A stretch of 64,000 nt of DNA from Octopus bimaculoides. Lineage: Eukaryota. Position numbers and translations under genes: made by a program. A model generated the notes under the pieces. That model made no database searches and was not told the DNA's origin. It saw only the letters and a program-made list of their open reading frames with translations. Positions 1-12,290 of the stretch are shown piece after piece. Positions within the stretch are counted from its first letter, which is position 1; every line of letters starts with the position of its first letter. Where the stretch lies: contig NC_068987.1 in NCBI RefSeq assembly GCF_001194135.2, forward strand, positions 10,434,179 through 10,498,178. Reading direction: 5' to 3'.

Positions 1-950
1 TTATTATTATTATTGTTGTTGTTGTTGTTGCTGTTGTTATTGCTATTCTAATCATCATCATGCTCATCATCATCTTCATCATCACCACCAAATATCCCCC
101 CCCCACCCTTGCATCATCATCATCCATTTTCACTATTATTATTTTAGTTTTTGTAGTTATACATAATTTATAAGGCAAGAAGCTCAAATATATGTTTACG
201 TCTTGCCAACATGGAAAAGACAAAAATGGAAATAAATATAGCCAAAAACAAACAAACAAACAAACAAACAAAAAAAAAAAACTAATTAGAATATAAAGTG
301 GTTGTCGAGAGGTCTATATTCTACTGTCTTGTGAGCAACGAGAAAACTAGATATAGATGAATGCTTTGTATGGATAGCCCAGGTTATGGATGTAGGTGCT
401 AAGAGTCAATTCATGATTGGTAGCAAGATCAGTGATAGATTCAAGATCTGGTGTACAGATAAACATCTACCAATAGGCTATTATTAGTGTTCAGGTCCCT
501 GAGACAATTATAACAAGAAAATTCCTTTCTATGCTGATGTTCCAATTTGCATTTTAGAATCAGTGTTAAAGATCGGCAAAAAAATTAGAGTACCGAAGTA
601 CAACTTTCTCAACGAACTGGTTTATTTTATTGTCTTATCTGTGTGTGTCTTTATTACTTTTTTTTTAGTGTTAAGTAGGATTTTTCTGTGCTCCTTGGAG
701 AGAGATCTGTGTCAGCTTGTATTTGATGCATACATACATATATACATTCGTAGATACATTTATGTATACATACAGCCATACATACATGCATATCATCATA
801 GGTGCATTAGGTTATGCGTAAACAAATTTGCACAAAAACCAAGAAACACTTTTGGTTTCATGGAAAAAGCACAAAAGAAACTGACACAGATTCTCCAAAT
901 CCAATCTATCAGTGGCACAGTGAAGATCTGTAAGACATTCCAGTTGTTAA

Positions 951-1410
951 TCATCATCATTTAACGTCCGCTTTCCATGCTAGCATGGGTTGGATGATTT
1001 GACTGGGGACTGGCGAACTGGATGGCTAACTAGACTCCAATCTGATCTGGCAGAGTTTCTACAGCTGGATGCCCTTCCTAACGCCAACCATTCCAAGAGT
1101 GAAGTGAGTGCTTTTTATGTGCCACTGGCACGAGGGCCATTCCGGCGGAACTGGCAATGGCCACGCTCAAATGGTGTTTTTTTTACATGCCACCTGCACA
1201 GGAGTCTGTCCAATGTTTTGTTCACATGCCACTGGCACAAGTGCCAGTAAGGCAAAGCTGGAAACGATCGTGCTCAAATGGTGCTTTTTATGTGCCACCG
1301 GCACGGGAGTGAGACCGCTGCTCTGGCAGTGATCCCACTTGGACGGTGCTGTTAGCAGTCCACTGGCACGGGTGCTGGTCATTGAATCTGGTTCAGTTTC
1401 GATCTCACTT
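951..1410 (-). mobile_element. SINE-like repeat, family E, with (TGA)n tail and internal ~60-bp subrepeats
   Basis: Plus strand starts catcatcatttaacgtccgctttccatgctagcatgggttgg...ctggatgcccttcctaacgccaacc; near-identical to the reverse complement of 61072-61442. Confidence 0.85.
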
Positions 1411-1805
1411 CAAATTTCGTTCAGTTTCGATAGCTTTATTTGATAACCAGTTGAGCTAGCAAGCGGGACCCTCATATCAGTGTGTAGGCGGTGTGCATTG
1501 ATGTCATCGAGAGGTTGGCCCCGAAATGGTGCACATTCTCTTTTGATGACCCCATACATTTGCTGGCTTCTGGTATGCAGAGCTTTCAAATGGTAGCACT
1601 TTCATATGCAAGTTGTTTTTTCAAAACATCGTATGAGATTCTTATGTGAATAGATGCACACACTTGAGTGTAGGCGCTGACAATCCAACCAGCACACCAA
1701 CTCAGCCACATAGTTACAAATACTGGGAACTCACTTCACTTAAGATGTCTTGTCACTTTGTTAGCAATTGGCTTGAACTCTCCCAAGACAAACTTAAATT
1801 AAACT

Positions 1806-1982
1806 ACATTATTTACATTTGACGGATATTTGTCCTCATCTTGTTTGTTGTTAACACAACGTTTTGGCTGATATACCCTTCAGCCTTCTTCAGGTGTCTT
1901 GGGGAAATTTCGAACCTGGGTTCTCATTCCTAAGGTATTTTTCGATGTTGTTATTATTATTATTATTATTATCATTATTATT
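1806..1982 (-). mobile_element. Short hammerhead-bearing repeat, family C, copy 1 (Penelope pLTR-like)
   Basis: ttgacggatatttgtcctcatcttg...taaggtatttttcgatgtt followed by (TAT)n; the same ~150-bp unit occurs at 51121-51263 and 63533-63683. Confidence 0.85.
1853..1898 (-). ncRNA. Degenerate minimal type I hammerhead ribozyme (G12 to A)
   Basis: Minus strand reads GACAC-CUGAAGA-A-GGCUG-loop-CAGCC-AAAAC-GUU-GUGUU. Confidence 0.6.
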
Positions 1983-2515
1983 NNNNNNNNNNNNNNNNNN
2001 NNNNNNNNNNNNNNNNNNNNNNNNNNNNNNNNNNNNNNNNNNNNNNNNNNNNNNNNNNNNNNNNNNNNNNNNNNNNNNNNNNNNNNNNNNNNNNNNNNNN
2101 NNNNNNNNNNNNNNNNNNNNNNNNNNNNNNNNNNNNNNNNNNNNNNNNNNNNNNNNNNNNNNNNNNNNNNNNNNNNNNNNNNNNNNNNNNNNNNNNNNNN
2201 NNNNNNNNNNNNNNNNNNNNNNNNNNNNNNNNNNNNNNNNNNNNNNNNNNNNNNNNNNNNNNNNNNNNNNNNNNNNNNNNNNNNNNNNNNNNNNNNNNNN
2301 NNNNNNNNNNNNNNNNNNNNNNNNNNNNNNNNNNNNNNNNNNNNNNNNNNNNNNNNNNNNNNNNNNNNNNNNNNNNNNNNNNNNNNNNNNNNNNNNNNNN
2401 NNNNNNNNNNNNNNNNNNNNNNNNNNNNNNNNNNNNNNNNNNNNNNNNNNNNNNNNNNNNNNNNNNNNNNNNNNNNNNNNNNNNNNNNNNNNNNNNNNNN
2501 NNNNNNNNNNNNNNN

Positions 2516-2586
<71 letters not shown>

Positions 2587-3218
2587 GCATATATACATGA
2601 ATGTTAGTTCTCTACATATGTATACATGAAAGCATATATGCATGTACTCATATATGTGCATGTGTATGCACGCATGTATGTACATGTGTATGAAAGCATA
2701 CATGTGGATGTAGACATGTAGTTATCAGTGTGTATATGCGTATCACCAATGTTTATTCAGAAGCAAAAGAAATCAATAAAAGCAAAGATTCCAAAAAAGA
2801 AATCAAGAGTTGTTTAGATCTCTTCTTTGTCACAGAATAGGTGCCGGTCAATAACAAAGTATACAGGTTCATCAGTTGAAATTGTGTCATATATATCAAC
2901 ATACCTACCTACCAACANNNNNNNNNNTTTTTTGAGTATTGTATTCATTCAATCAATCTCTTTTGTTGAACCACTAAGTTATGAGGATGTAAACAACAGT
3001 TAGATTGCCATGTCATTCATGTTTAGTGATTAAGACTGTCTGTCTGTCTGAGTGTCTGTCTGTATGTATGAATGTTATATTTGTACATGTGTACTCCTAT
3101 GTGTGTGTGTGTAGTTATGTCTGTCTGTCTGTCCATCTATCTGTTTGTCTGTCTATGTATTTATGTATGCATGTATCTTATCTTACTATCTTTTTATCTA
3201 TCTGTCTATTTATCTGCC

Positions 3219-3249
<31 letters not shown>

Positions 3250-3271
3250 ATGTCTGTCTATCTGTCTGTGC

Positions 3272-3338
<67 letters not shown>

Positions 3339-4259
3339 CACACACACANNNNNNNNNNNNNNNNNNNNNNNNNNNNNNNNNNNNNNNNNNNNNNNNNNNN
3401 NNNNNNNNNNNNNNNNNNNNNNNNNNNNNNNNNNNNNNNNNNNNNNNNNNNNNNNNNNNNNNNNNNNNNNNNNNNNNNNNNNNNNNNNNNNNNNNNNNNN
3501 NNNNNNNNNNNNNNNNNNNNNNNNNNNNNNNNNNNNNNNNNNNNNNNNNNNNNNNNNNNNNNNNNNNNNNNNNNNNNNNNNNNNNNNNNNNNNNNNNNNN
3601 NNNNNNNNNNNNNNNNNNNNNNNNNNNNNNNNNNNNNNNNNNNNNNNNNNNNNNNNNNNNNNNNNNNNNNNNNNNNNNNNNNNNNNNNNNNNNNNNNNNN
3701 NNNNNNNNNNNNNNNNNNNNNNNNNNNNNNNNNNNNNNNNNNNNNNNNNNNNNNNNNNNNNNNNNNNNNNNNNNNNNNNNNNNNNNNNNNNNNNNNNNNN
3801 NNNNNNNNNNNNNNNNNNNNNNNNNNNNNNNNNNNNNNNNNNNNNNNNNNNNNNNNNNNNNNNNNNNNNNNNNNNNNNNNNNNNNNNNNNNNNNNNNNNN
3901 NNNNNNNNNNNNNNNNNNNNNNNNNNNNNNNNNNNNNNNNNNNNNNNNNNNNNNNNNNNNNNNNNNNNNNNNNNNNNNNNNNNNNNNNNNNNNNNNNNNN
4001 NNNNNNNNNNNNNNNNNNNNNNNNNNNNNNNNNNNNNNNNNNNNNNNNNNNNNNNNNNNNNNNNNNNNNNNNNNNNNNNNNNNNNNNNNNNNNNNNNNNN
4101 NNNNNNNNNNNNNNNNNNNNNNNNNNNNNNNNNNNNNNNNNNNNNNNNNNNNNNNNNNNNNNNNNNNNNNNNNNNNNNNNNNNNNNNNNNNNNNNNNNNN
4201 NNNNNNNNNNNNNNNNNNNNNNNNNNNNNNNNNNNTATGTATGTATGTATGTATGTATG

Positions 4260-4293
<34 letters not shown>

Positions 4294-4307
4294 TATATGT
4301 ATGTATG

Positions 4308-4377
<70 letters not shown>

Positions 4378-5559
4378 CACACACACATACACACACATTT
4401 CAAACTGAAATTACAGCTACAAGCTTTAGATCAGACCCATAAGTTCCCCATTTTACTGATTTTTTTTCAAGCAACCAAAGAAAATAAACAAAACAAACTC
4501 ATCGTCATACATGGTATGAAATATGAAAATGACTAAATATGCATATTGACAATGTAAAGCCTTTTGATGTATTTGGAACATGTTATGTTATTGTATAGCT
4601 CTATATCACTAGGTCTTTTGATATATGTTGGCAAAAATAAATATTTGAAACACATCAACCAAAGAATATTTTTTATACAACAGGTATTAATATATTACGT
4701 GACTATTCAGTTTTCAGCCATTAGATGACTTAAAATATTCTAACAAATATTTTGATTTGTGATGACAATAAGATATTAATTCTGAATGGATGTTCAAGAT
4801 AGGGTTTCTATGAAACAGCATGTGCATTTTCTCAAAGAGGCAAAGATCATGACCATTGCTACACAGTTTTTGAAGCTAGGCAGCAGTTGTAATATACTCC
4901 AAATATTTCTATGGTCTCTAACTGTAATTTTCCAAAGAGCATATGAAAGAGCTTTCAAGATTTCTAAAAGAATGACAATGAGGATAAAATCTTCCTTTAA
5001 AATTATACTCAGTTAACCTGATATAATCTTTGGAAACTGAATTATCAGCTATAATTATTTTACACAATAAATTATCAATTTCAACAGACAAGAATTATTT
5101 AATGAGAGGTATTAACTATAAGTGATTTTATAAAATTTTTACAACTGATGTTTATTATTTATGAGGCAAAATTATGTACAGTACTGAAGCCACATTTAAT
5201 ATTGCTAGTAATCAATTTTTGAAATTTTTATTATTCTTGTTTATCAGTGTTTATCTGATATGACAATGTTTATCTAAGTTAAAGAAAAACCTAGCAATAT
5301 GTGTATATATATTTTTACTTAATGGGATATTAAACTAAATAATTTTGTTTTCAGCTTTTATGTATCTGAGAATTAAAATTATTTACATAAATATTTTTAT
5401 CTTTAAATCCATTTTGCTTCATTGCTTCATTTATTATAAGGGTTTAGATTGCTGAAGTAAGATCTATCTAGATGAAATCTTTCTAGGCATTTTGACACGC
5501 TAACAATTCTGTCAGTTCTGTGCCCTTAATAACAACAACCACAACAACAACAATTATAC

Positions 5560-5598
<39 letters not shown>

Positions 5599-5599
<1 letters not shown>

Positions 5600-5785
5600 T
5601 CAACTACCAGCATGGCTCAAAAAGATTGGTACAAATGTAAAGAATCATCATTGCTTGGAACTGCAAGAGTTTTCCACAGGGTTTTCGAAGCATGACCGGT
5701 AAACAAGCATCACCTTAGTCTGTTGGCTGTGGACAGCTGACACTTCCCATCATGCCCAGCAAAATAAGCTGAGATTTTTCATCAA
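5599..5785 (+). mobile_element. R4/Dong-like RLE non-LTR retrotransposon 3' end, frameshifted, in (TAA)n
   Basis: QLPAWLKKIGTNVK / KESSLLGTARV / HRVFEA* plus a short 3' UTR, flanked by AAT repeats; resembles the QKxALLGTAxILR C-terminus. Confidence 0.6.
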
Positions 5786-5799
5786 ATAATAACAATAAT

Positions 5800-6088
5800 C
5801 CAAGTACTCCGAATTGAAAGTGGAAATGGCAAGACTGTATGGAATGCAAGAGGGTAACGTAAAAGTGATACCAGTGGTGATCGGAGCGTTGGGCTCAATC
5901 CCTTTGAATCTTCAAGACTTCTTAAGGCAACTGGAAATCCCATGCAAAATTGATGTCTTGCAGAAAGCAGCCTTATTGGGCAGAGTGCACATCTTAAGGA
6001 AAGTCTTATCTGTCTGAGGTCCTTGTTGTGACTTGACAGATGACTAAAGACTCCGGTGCATTTTTACCTATGCTGTGTTACGAAGTAT
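5800..6088 (+). mobile_element. R4/Dong-like RLE non-LTR retrotransposon 3' end, second family, in (TAA)n
   Basis: KYSELKVEMARLYG...KVIPVVIGALGSIP...LQKAALLGRVHILRKVLSV* then ~70-nt UTR and (AAT)n. Confidence 0.8.
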
Positions 6089-6126
6089 TAATAATAATAA
6101 TAATATTAATAATGATAATTATAATA

Positions 6127-6342
6127 ATCCTTTCTACTATAGGCCCAAGGCCTGAAATTGTGGGGGAGGGGATGAGTTGATTACATCGACCCCAGTACTC
6201 AACTGGTACTTATTTTATCGACCCCGAAAGGATGAACGGCAAAGTCGACCTCGGTGAAATCTGAACTCAGAACGTAGCAACGGGCAAAATACTGCTAAGC
6301 ATTTCATCCGGCGTGCTAACGATTCTGCCAGCTCACCACCTT
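6127..6342 (-). mobile_element. tRNA-derived SINE family B (Deu/Nin-domain-like core)
   Basis: Minus strand has a Pol III-like head (gagctggcagaatcgttagcacgcc...ttctgagttcagat) and core tttgccgttcatcctttcggggtcgataaaataagtaccag; more than 10 copies in the window. Confidence 0.85.
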
Positions 6343-7864
6343 AATAATAATTATAATAATAATAATGATAATAATAATAATAATAATAATAATGATGATG
6401 ATAATAATAATAATGATAATGATAATGATGATGATGATGATGATGATGATGATAATGATGATGATGATGATGATGATATGATGATGATATTGCATCAATA
6501 ATTGCAAAAACAACAGCAGCAGAAACAATGGTAGCAGCAGCAGCAGCAGCAGAAACAGTAGCAGCCACAGCAAGAACCAGAATAGTAGCAACAGCAGTAA
6601 CGGCAGCAGCAGCAGCAATTTAAGAAGTCGATAAAAATTTATTGTATGACAAGAATAAATGACACCATTATCGGCTGAGATTCTCACAGAATTTCCACCG
6701 ATTTCAAAAGAGTAAGGAAATTAAATTCGTAAACAACGAAAGATGAAAGCAAACTTCACACCGAAAGAATAAAGGCTATTTGTGAAGCGGAGGGGGAGNN
6801 NNNNNNNNNNNNNNNNNNNNNNNNNNNNNNNNNNNNNNNNNNNNNNNNNNNNNNNNNNNNNNNNNNNNNNNNNNNNNNNNNNNNNNNNNNNNNNNNNNNN
6901 NNNNNNNNNNNNNNNNNNNNNNNNNNNNNNNNNNNNNNNNNNNNNNNNNNNNNNNNNNNNNNNNNNNNNNNNNNNNNNNNNNNNNNNNNNNNNNNNNNNN
7001 NNNNNNNNNNNNNNNNNNNNNNNNNNNNNNNNNNNNNNNNNNNNNNNNNNNNNNNNNNNNNNNNNNNNNNNNNNNNNNNNNNNNNNNNNNNNNNNNNNNN
7101 NNNNNNNNNNNNNNNNNNNNNNNNNNNNNNNNNNNNNNNNNNNNNNNNNNNNNNNNNNNNNNNNNNNNNNNNNNNNNNNNNNNNNNNNNNNNNNNNNNNN
7201 NNNNNNNNNNNNNNNNNNNNNNNNNNNNNNNNNNNNNNNNNNNNNNNNNNNNNNNNNNNNNNNNNNNNNNNNNNNNNNNNNNNNNNNNNNNNNNNNNNNN
7301 NNNNNNNNNNNNNNNNNNNNNNNNNNNNNNNNNNNNNNNNNNNNNNNNNNNNNNNNNNNNNNNNNNNNNNNNNNNNNNNNNNNNNNNNNNNNNNNNNNNN
7401 NNNNNNNNNNNNNNNNNNNNNNNNNNNNNNNNNNNNNNNNNNNNNNNNNNNNNNNNNNNNNNNNNNNNNNNNNNNNNNNNNNNNNNNNNNNNNNNNNNNN
7501 NNNNNNNNNNNNNNNNNNNNNNNNCTACTACTACTAATACTGCTGCTGCTGCCGCTGATGCCGCTGCTACCACCACCAACACCACCACCACCACTACTAA
7601 TTTTGCTGCCTAATTATTGTACCATTACAAGTGCTATTATCCTTACAACTCACCACCACCACCACCACCGTCATTGCTACTGCAACTACTACCACAGCCA
7701 CTACCATCATTGCCACAAAAACCACCACGCACACAACCACCACCATAACCACCAACAGCATCATACACAGTTGATACCACAACTCCTACTGTAATATAAA
7801 AACTTGAACTGCTATTTCTAGCAGTCTGAGAGGCCACTTAGAGGTCTTATCTTAAATGAGAACT

Positions 7865-8075
7865 CTAAGTGACTGCTTGAATAGCTAGAAATAGCAGCTA
7901 AATCTCTTACTAATTATATTCCACAGTCTTAAACAAGTGAGACACATTGAAGAATGTAGTCCAACATATATTCCTTGAAAATAAGACAGGATGGTCATAG
8001 GTGGAATGGAGTTGATCATAGTTTGTCTAAATTAGGGATGACTCCAGGACTAAATAACAAAAACAACTATTAATA
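7865..8075 (+). repeat. Dispersed repeat family H
   Basis: gctagaaatagcagctaaatctc...caggatggtcat...ggactaaataacaa is shared with 42455-42660 and partly 62540-62640. Confidence 0.55.
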
Positions 8076-8772
8076 ATTAGATGTGATTCTATGTGACACT
8101 GTCGTCATCATCGTCATCATCGTCATCATCGTCGTCATCGTCGTCATCATCGTCATCATTATCATCACCATCACTGCCACAGTCATCTTTTTCATCATCT
8201 GCCTCTGTTTCCATTACTTTCACCATCTTCATCTTCACAAACTTCATTAACATCATCATCATCATCATCATCACCGCTAATGTCATCATCTTCGTTATGA
8301 TGCTCATCCTCATCCCTATTTTCCTCATCCTCATCCTCATGATGATAATGAGAAGGCATTGGTGGTGGTGATGGTTGCAGTGGTGGCGGAGGTGGTGATG
8401 GTTGCAGTGGTGGCGGAGGTGGTGATGATGATGATGATGATGATGACGACGATGATGACGAAACGACGATGATAATGAGAAAGCAGTGATGGTGGTGNNN
8501 NNNNNNNNNNNNNNNNNNNNNNNNNNNNNNNNNNNNNNNNNNNNNNNNNNNNNNNNNNNNNNNNNNNNNNNNNNNNNNNNNNNNNNNNNNNNNNNNNNNN
8601 NNNNNNNNNNNNNNNNNNNNNNNNNNNNNNNNNNNNNNNNNNNNNNNNNNNNNNNNNNNNNNNNNNNNNNNNNNNNNNNNNNNNNNNNNNNNNNNNNNNN
8701 NNNNNNNNNNNNNNNNNNNNNNNNNNNNNNNNNNNNNNNNNNNNNNNNNNNNNNNNNNNNNNNNNNNNNNNN

Positions 8773-8820
<48 letters not shown>

Positions 8821-9459
8821 CAATGATGATGATGAAAAGGCAGTGACGGTGGTGCTGGTGATGATGATGATGATGATGATGATGTTGATGATAACAATGA
8901 TGGTGATTTTGACACCCAGTCAAAAGGTGTAGCTAGAAAATTTTGAGAGAGAGAAAGAGAGAGAGAGAGAAGAACAGACAGACAGATAGACAGAAACTGG
9001 GAGAGAAAGACAGAGAGGAAGAATGGAAAAGAGAAAGAGCAAAATAAAGAAAGAAAGACAGACAGACAGACAGACAGAGAGGGAGACAGATAAGAGGAGA
9101 GAATGAGATGCAAGATGGTGCAGGAAAAGATAATGGAAGAACCAGGATGACACAAAAAAAGAAAAAGACCAAAAAATGATTCTTCATAATGGATGTATAA
9201 TTATCTTCCACATTATTGAAATGTTGCGTTCCTGAAATTCTTGGCTTAACATGGAATATCATAGGGTTATAGATATTTTCCATTGACTCCCATATTACAT
9301 GGATGTTGATCAACATGGGAATCCATGAGAAATACATTTCATGTCAAAGAACTCCATGATACAGAATTGGTTTCAAGAATAACGTAACACTTCAGTAAAA
9401 TTTGGCGAACATCTTTTGTTATTTGAGCCTCGGTAACAGATGTAAAAGTGTGTATACAA

Positions 9460-9496
<37 letters not shown>

Positions 9497-9498
<2 letters not shown>

Positions 9499-9931
9499 CG
9501 TAGGAATGGCTGTGTGGTAAGTAGCTTGCTTACCAACCACATGGTTCCGGGTTCATTCCCACTGCATGGCACCTTGGGCAAGTGTCTTCTACTATAGCCT
9601 CGGGCCGACCAAAGCCTTGTGAGTGGATTTGGTAGACGGAAACTGAAAGAAGCCTGTCGTATATATGTATATATATATATATGTTTGTATGTCTGTGTTT
9701 GTTTGTGTGTGTGTGTATATGTTTGTGTGTCTGTGTTTGTCCCCCCTACCCTAACATCGCTTGACAACTGATACTGGTGTGTTTACGTCCCCGTAACTTA
9801 ATGGTTCGGCAAAAGAGACCGATAGAATAAGTACTAGGCTTACAAAGAATAACTCCCGGGGTCGATTTGCTCGACTAAAGGTGGTGCTCCAGCATGGCCA
9901 CAGTCAAATGACTGAAACAAGTAAAAGAGTA
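9497..9931 (+). mobile_element. tRNA-derived SINE family A, full length, with central (TA)/(TG) microsatellite
   Basis: A-box tggctgtgtgg, B-box-like ggttcattccc, gcaccttgggcaagtgtctt, central microsatellite, 3' module ending gactgaaacaagtaaaagag. Confidence 0.9.
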
Positions 9932-10174
9932 TATGTATGNNNNNNNNNNNNNNNNNNNNNNNNNNNNNNNNNNNNNNNNNNNNNNNNNNNNNNNNNNNNN
10001 NNNNNNNNNNNNNNNNNNNNNNNNNNNNNNNNNNNNNNNNNNNNNNNNNNNNNNNNNNNNNNNNNNNNNNNNNNNNNNNNNNNNNNNNNNNNNNNNNNNN
10101 NNNNNNNNNNNNNNNNNNNNNNNNNNNNNNNNNNNNNNNNNTGTGTGTGTGTGTATGTATTGTATGTATGGGTG

Positions 10175-10640
10175 AAGTGCAACAACAAGATTACATGGCC
10201 ACAAAAGTGAAGACCACCTCTGCACAGACCCATTTAATTCAAACACTGTTACAAATCTCATAACGGAGTTTGAAGAAGCAAATTCTTTGATCGATGCTTT
10301 AAGGGCAGCTCAACCCTAAATCGAAGAAGAAAAAAGAAAGGGGTTAGGAAACCATCTCAAGATGTACAAAATTGAAAAGAAATTGGCCATGCATAATTCC
10401 ACTTTTATAAGCAGAGCATGTGACATTGCAGATGAAATTTATGCAGATTACTCCTTTCATGTGGTTTATGGCCAACCAAGATTTCTTTGCTGCAGTCAAT
10501 TAAACATGAAGAATCGGGGAAAAGGCTTTAGAATTTGTTCATGGATTTTGAATAATCAAAATTTACTTAATCGTATTTTGGGGTCAAATGAACCTTATTT
10601 TCCCCTGGATCAGCTGGTTCATCACTGTATTTGTAACATT
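10175..10640 (+). mobile_element. Highly decayed Tc1/mariner-superfamily transposase remnant (DUF4817-like N-terminus)
   Basis: Broken frames give SNTVTNLITEFEEANSLID and FRICSWILNNQNLLNRILGSNEPYFPLD, resembling LIxKFEETGSV and ILFSDEAHFHLxG. Confidence 0.55.
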
Positions 10641-10659
10641 TGACCTCACAAAAACTAAT

Positions 10660-11222
10660 CGTTTTATTTGTCATTGTTGTTGTTGTTGTTGTTGTTGTCA
10701 TTATCATTGCCATCGTCATCATTATCATTATCGTCATTGTAGTTGCTGTCGTCATCGTTGTCGTCGTTGTCATCATCATCATCGTCATCATCATCGTTGT
10801 CATCATAGTTGTCATCATTGTTTTGTTTGTCAGCATCATCGTTGCCATTGTCATCATCATCATTGTTATCATCGTCATCATCATTGTTGTCATCATTGTC
10901 ATCGTCGTTGTCGTCATCATTATCATTGAAGTCATCGTTGTCATCTTTGTCATCTTTGTCAGCGTCATCATTGCCATTGTCATCATCGTCATTGTTATCA
11001 TCATTGTCATCATTGTTGTCATCATTGTCATCGTCGTTGTCGTCGTCATCATCATTGAAGTCATCATTGTCATCATTGTCTTCTTTGTCATCGTCATCAT
11101 TGCCATAGTCATCATCATCGTTGTTATCATCATTGTCATCCTTGTCGTTGTTGTCATCCTTGTCGTTGTTGTCATCCTTGTCGTTGTTGTCATCATCATT
11201 GACATCCTCCTCATCATCATCA
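10660..11222. repeat. Compound (CAT/GTT/GTC)n array with three 129-bp higher-order units
   Basis: Anchor gtcagc/gtcatc...ttgccat.gtc recurs at 10829, 10958 and 11087. Confidence 0.85.
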
Positions 11223-11360
11223 TTTAAAATCCACATTCCATGCTGGCATGGGTTGGACAGGTTCAGCATGAACCAACGACCCAGAGAACTGTGCCAAGCT
11301 TTAATGTCTGCTTTGGCAGAGTCCCTATGGCTGGATGTCCTTCCAGATACTACCACATTA
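11215..11360 (-). mobile_element. SINE family E 3' fragment
   Basis: catttaaaatccacattccatgctggcatgggttggacagg...ggctggatgtccttcc. Confidence 0.7.
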
Positions 11361-11399
11361 AAGGATATAACAGAGGATATACGACAGAAAGTAGAAAAA

Positions 11400-11830
11400 T
11401 AAATAATAAATAAATAAACAGAATCCCCAATAACGAGGCAGTCTAATTGGGGTAATCCAGAGTAAACTCCGCACAAAAATCCTTGATTACTCTGCCATCT
11501 CCAAGGGATGGGAAAGGGCCCTCTTCCAGTTTCTTTCCTCCTGTTTAGAAAAGCATATTGAGAGTAGATCCATTCAGTCTCCCCATTCTTGCCACTGTTG
11601 TCCACCTTTTGATAAACGCACACTAGAGGGCAGCACCTCCCACTCTACCCTCACCTTCCTCTTCAAATGATATTTGAAGAAAATGATGAGGGCTTGACTA
11701 GATAGGAATGTGCCTGTCTTTAAACCTTTCAGACAGGTCCACCACACAGTCTCTTTTGTTACAGCCACGAAGCAGAGAAAGATCCTCCTTCCTTTTCTGT
11801 TAAGGGAAGGTGGGTTGTTTTCCTGCTAAT
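11400..11830 (-). mobile_element. Probable L1/Tx1-clade LINE 3' end (decayed)
   Basis: Minus frame AVTKETVWWTCLKGLKTGTFLSSQALIIFFKYHLKRKVRVEWEVL resembles Tx1-type ORF2 C-termini; followed by a ccccaat/attgggg stem-loop and (TTTA)n. Confidence 0.5.
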
Positions 11831-11901
11831 GGCTTAGGGCAACTGGCACAATGCAGTGAGTGCCTGGCAACATTCTAGATGCCAAACGCCCAACCTTGGC
11901 C

Positions 11902-11949
<48 letters not shown>

Positions 11950-11952
<3 letters not shown>

Positions 11953-12080
11953 GAGGAGAAGATGGCAAGAATATGTTGAAGAAGTGGAGCAAGATTTTCT
12001 CAGGAAATGTAAAAGATGGAAATTGAGATGTTCTCTTGAAAGGAAATACCATTCTGAAGATTGTAAGGAAGGTTTGTAAA
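11950..12080 (+). mobile_element. Possible decayed LINE ORF2 fragment
   Basis: Only the RRWQEYVEE motif (RTE-like RWxEYxEEL) supports it. Confidence 0.3.
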
Positions 12081-12153
12081 TAATCAGTTGACAGGGATAT
12101 GCTGCTGTTGCCGCTCTTGATGATGATGGTGATGATGATGATGACGATGGTGG

Positions 12154-12199
<46 letters not shown>

Positions 12200-12246
12200 G
12201 ATGATGATGATGGTGATGGTGATGATGATGATGATGATGGTGGTGG

Positions 12247-12290
<44 letters not shown>

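Noticed and set aside
563-964. 133-aa ORF after an acceptor-like ttttag
   Set aside because: It runs into (TA/CA) repeats and a SINE tail; no recognisable homology or donor site.
4786-5016. HFLKEAKIM, reminiscent of the tyrosine-kinase alphaC helix
   Set aside because: No following HxNIV motif and no supporting splice sites; likely chance.
9180-9450. Possible RTE LINE remnant on the minus strand (ILLKCYV, FSWIP)
   Set aside because: Motifs are too degraded and out of expected spacing to support a call.
10664-11623. 319-aa Asp/Asn-rich ORF resembling acidic biomineral proteins
   Set aside because: It is built from a LINE end, a SINE tail and a GAT/GAC/AAC array; that frame cannot reach a stop by single substitutions, so openness is expected.
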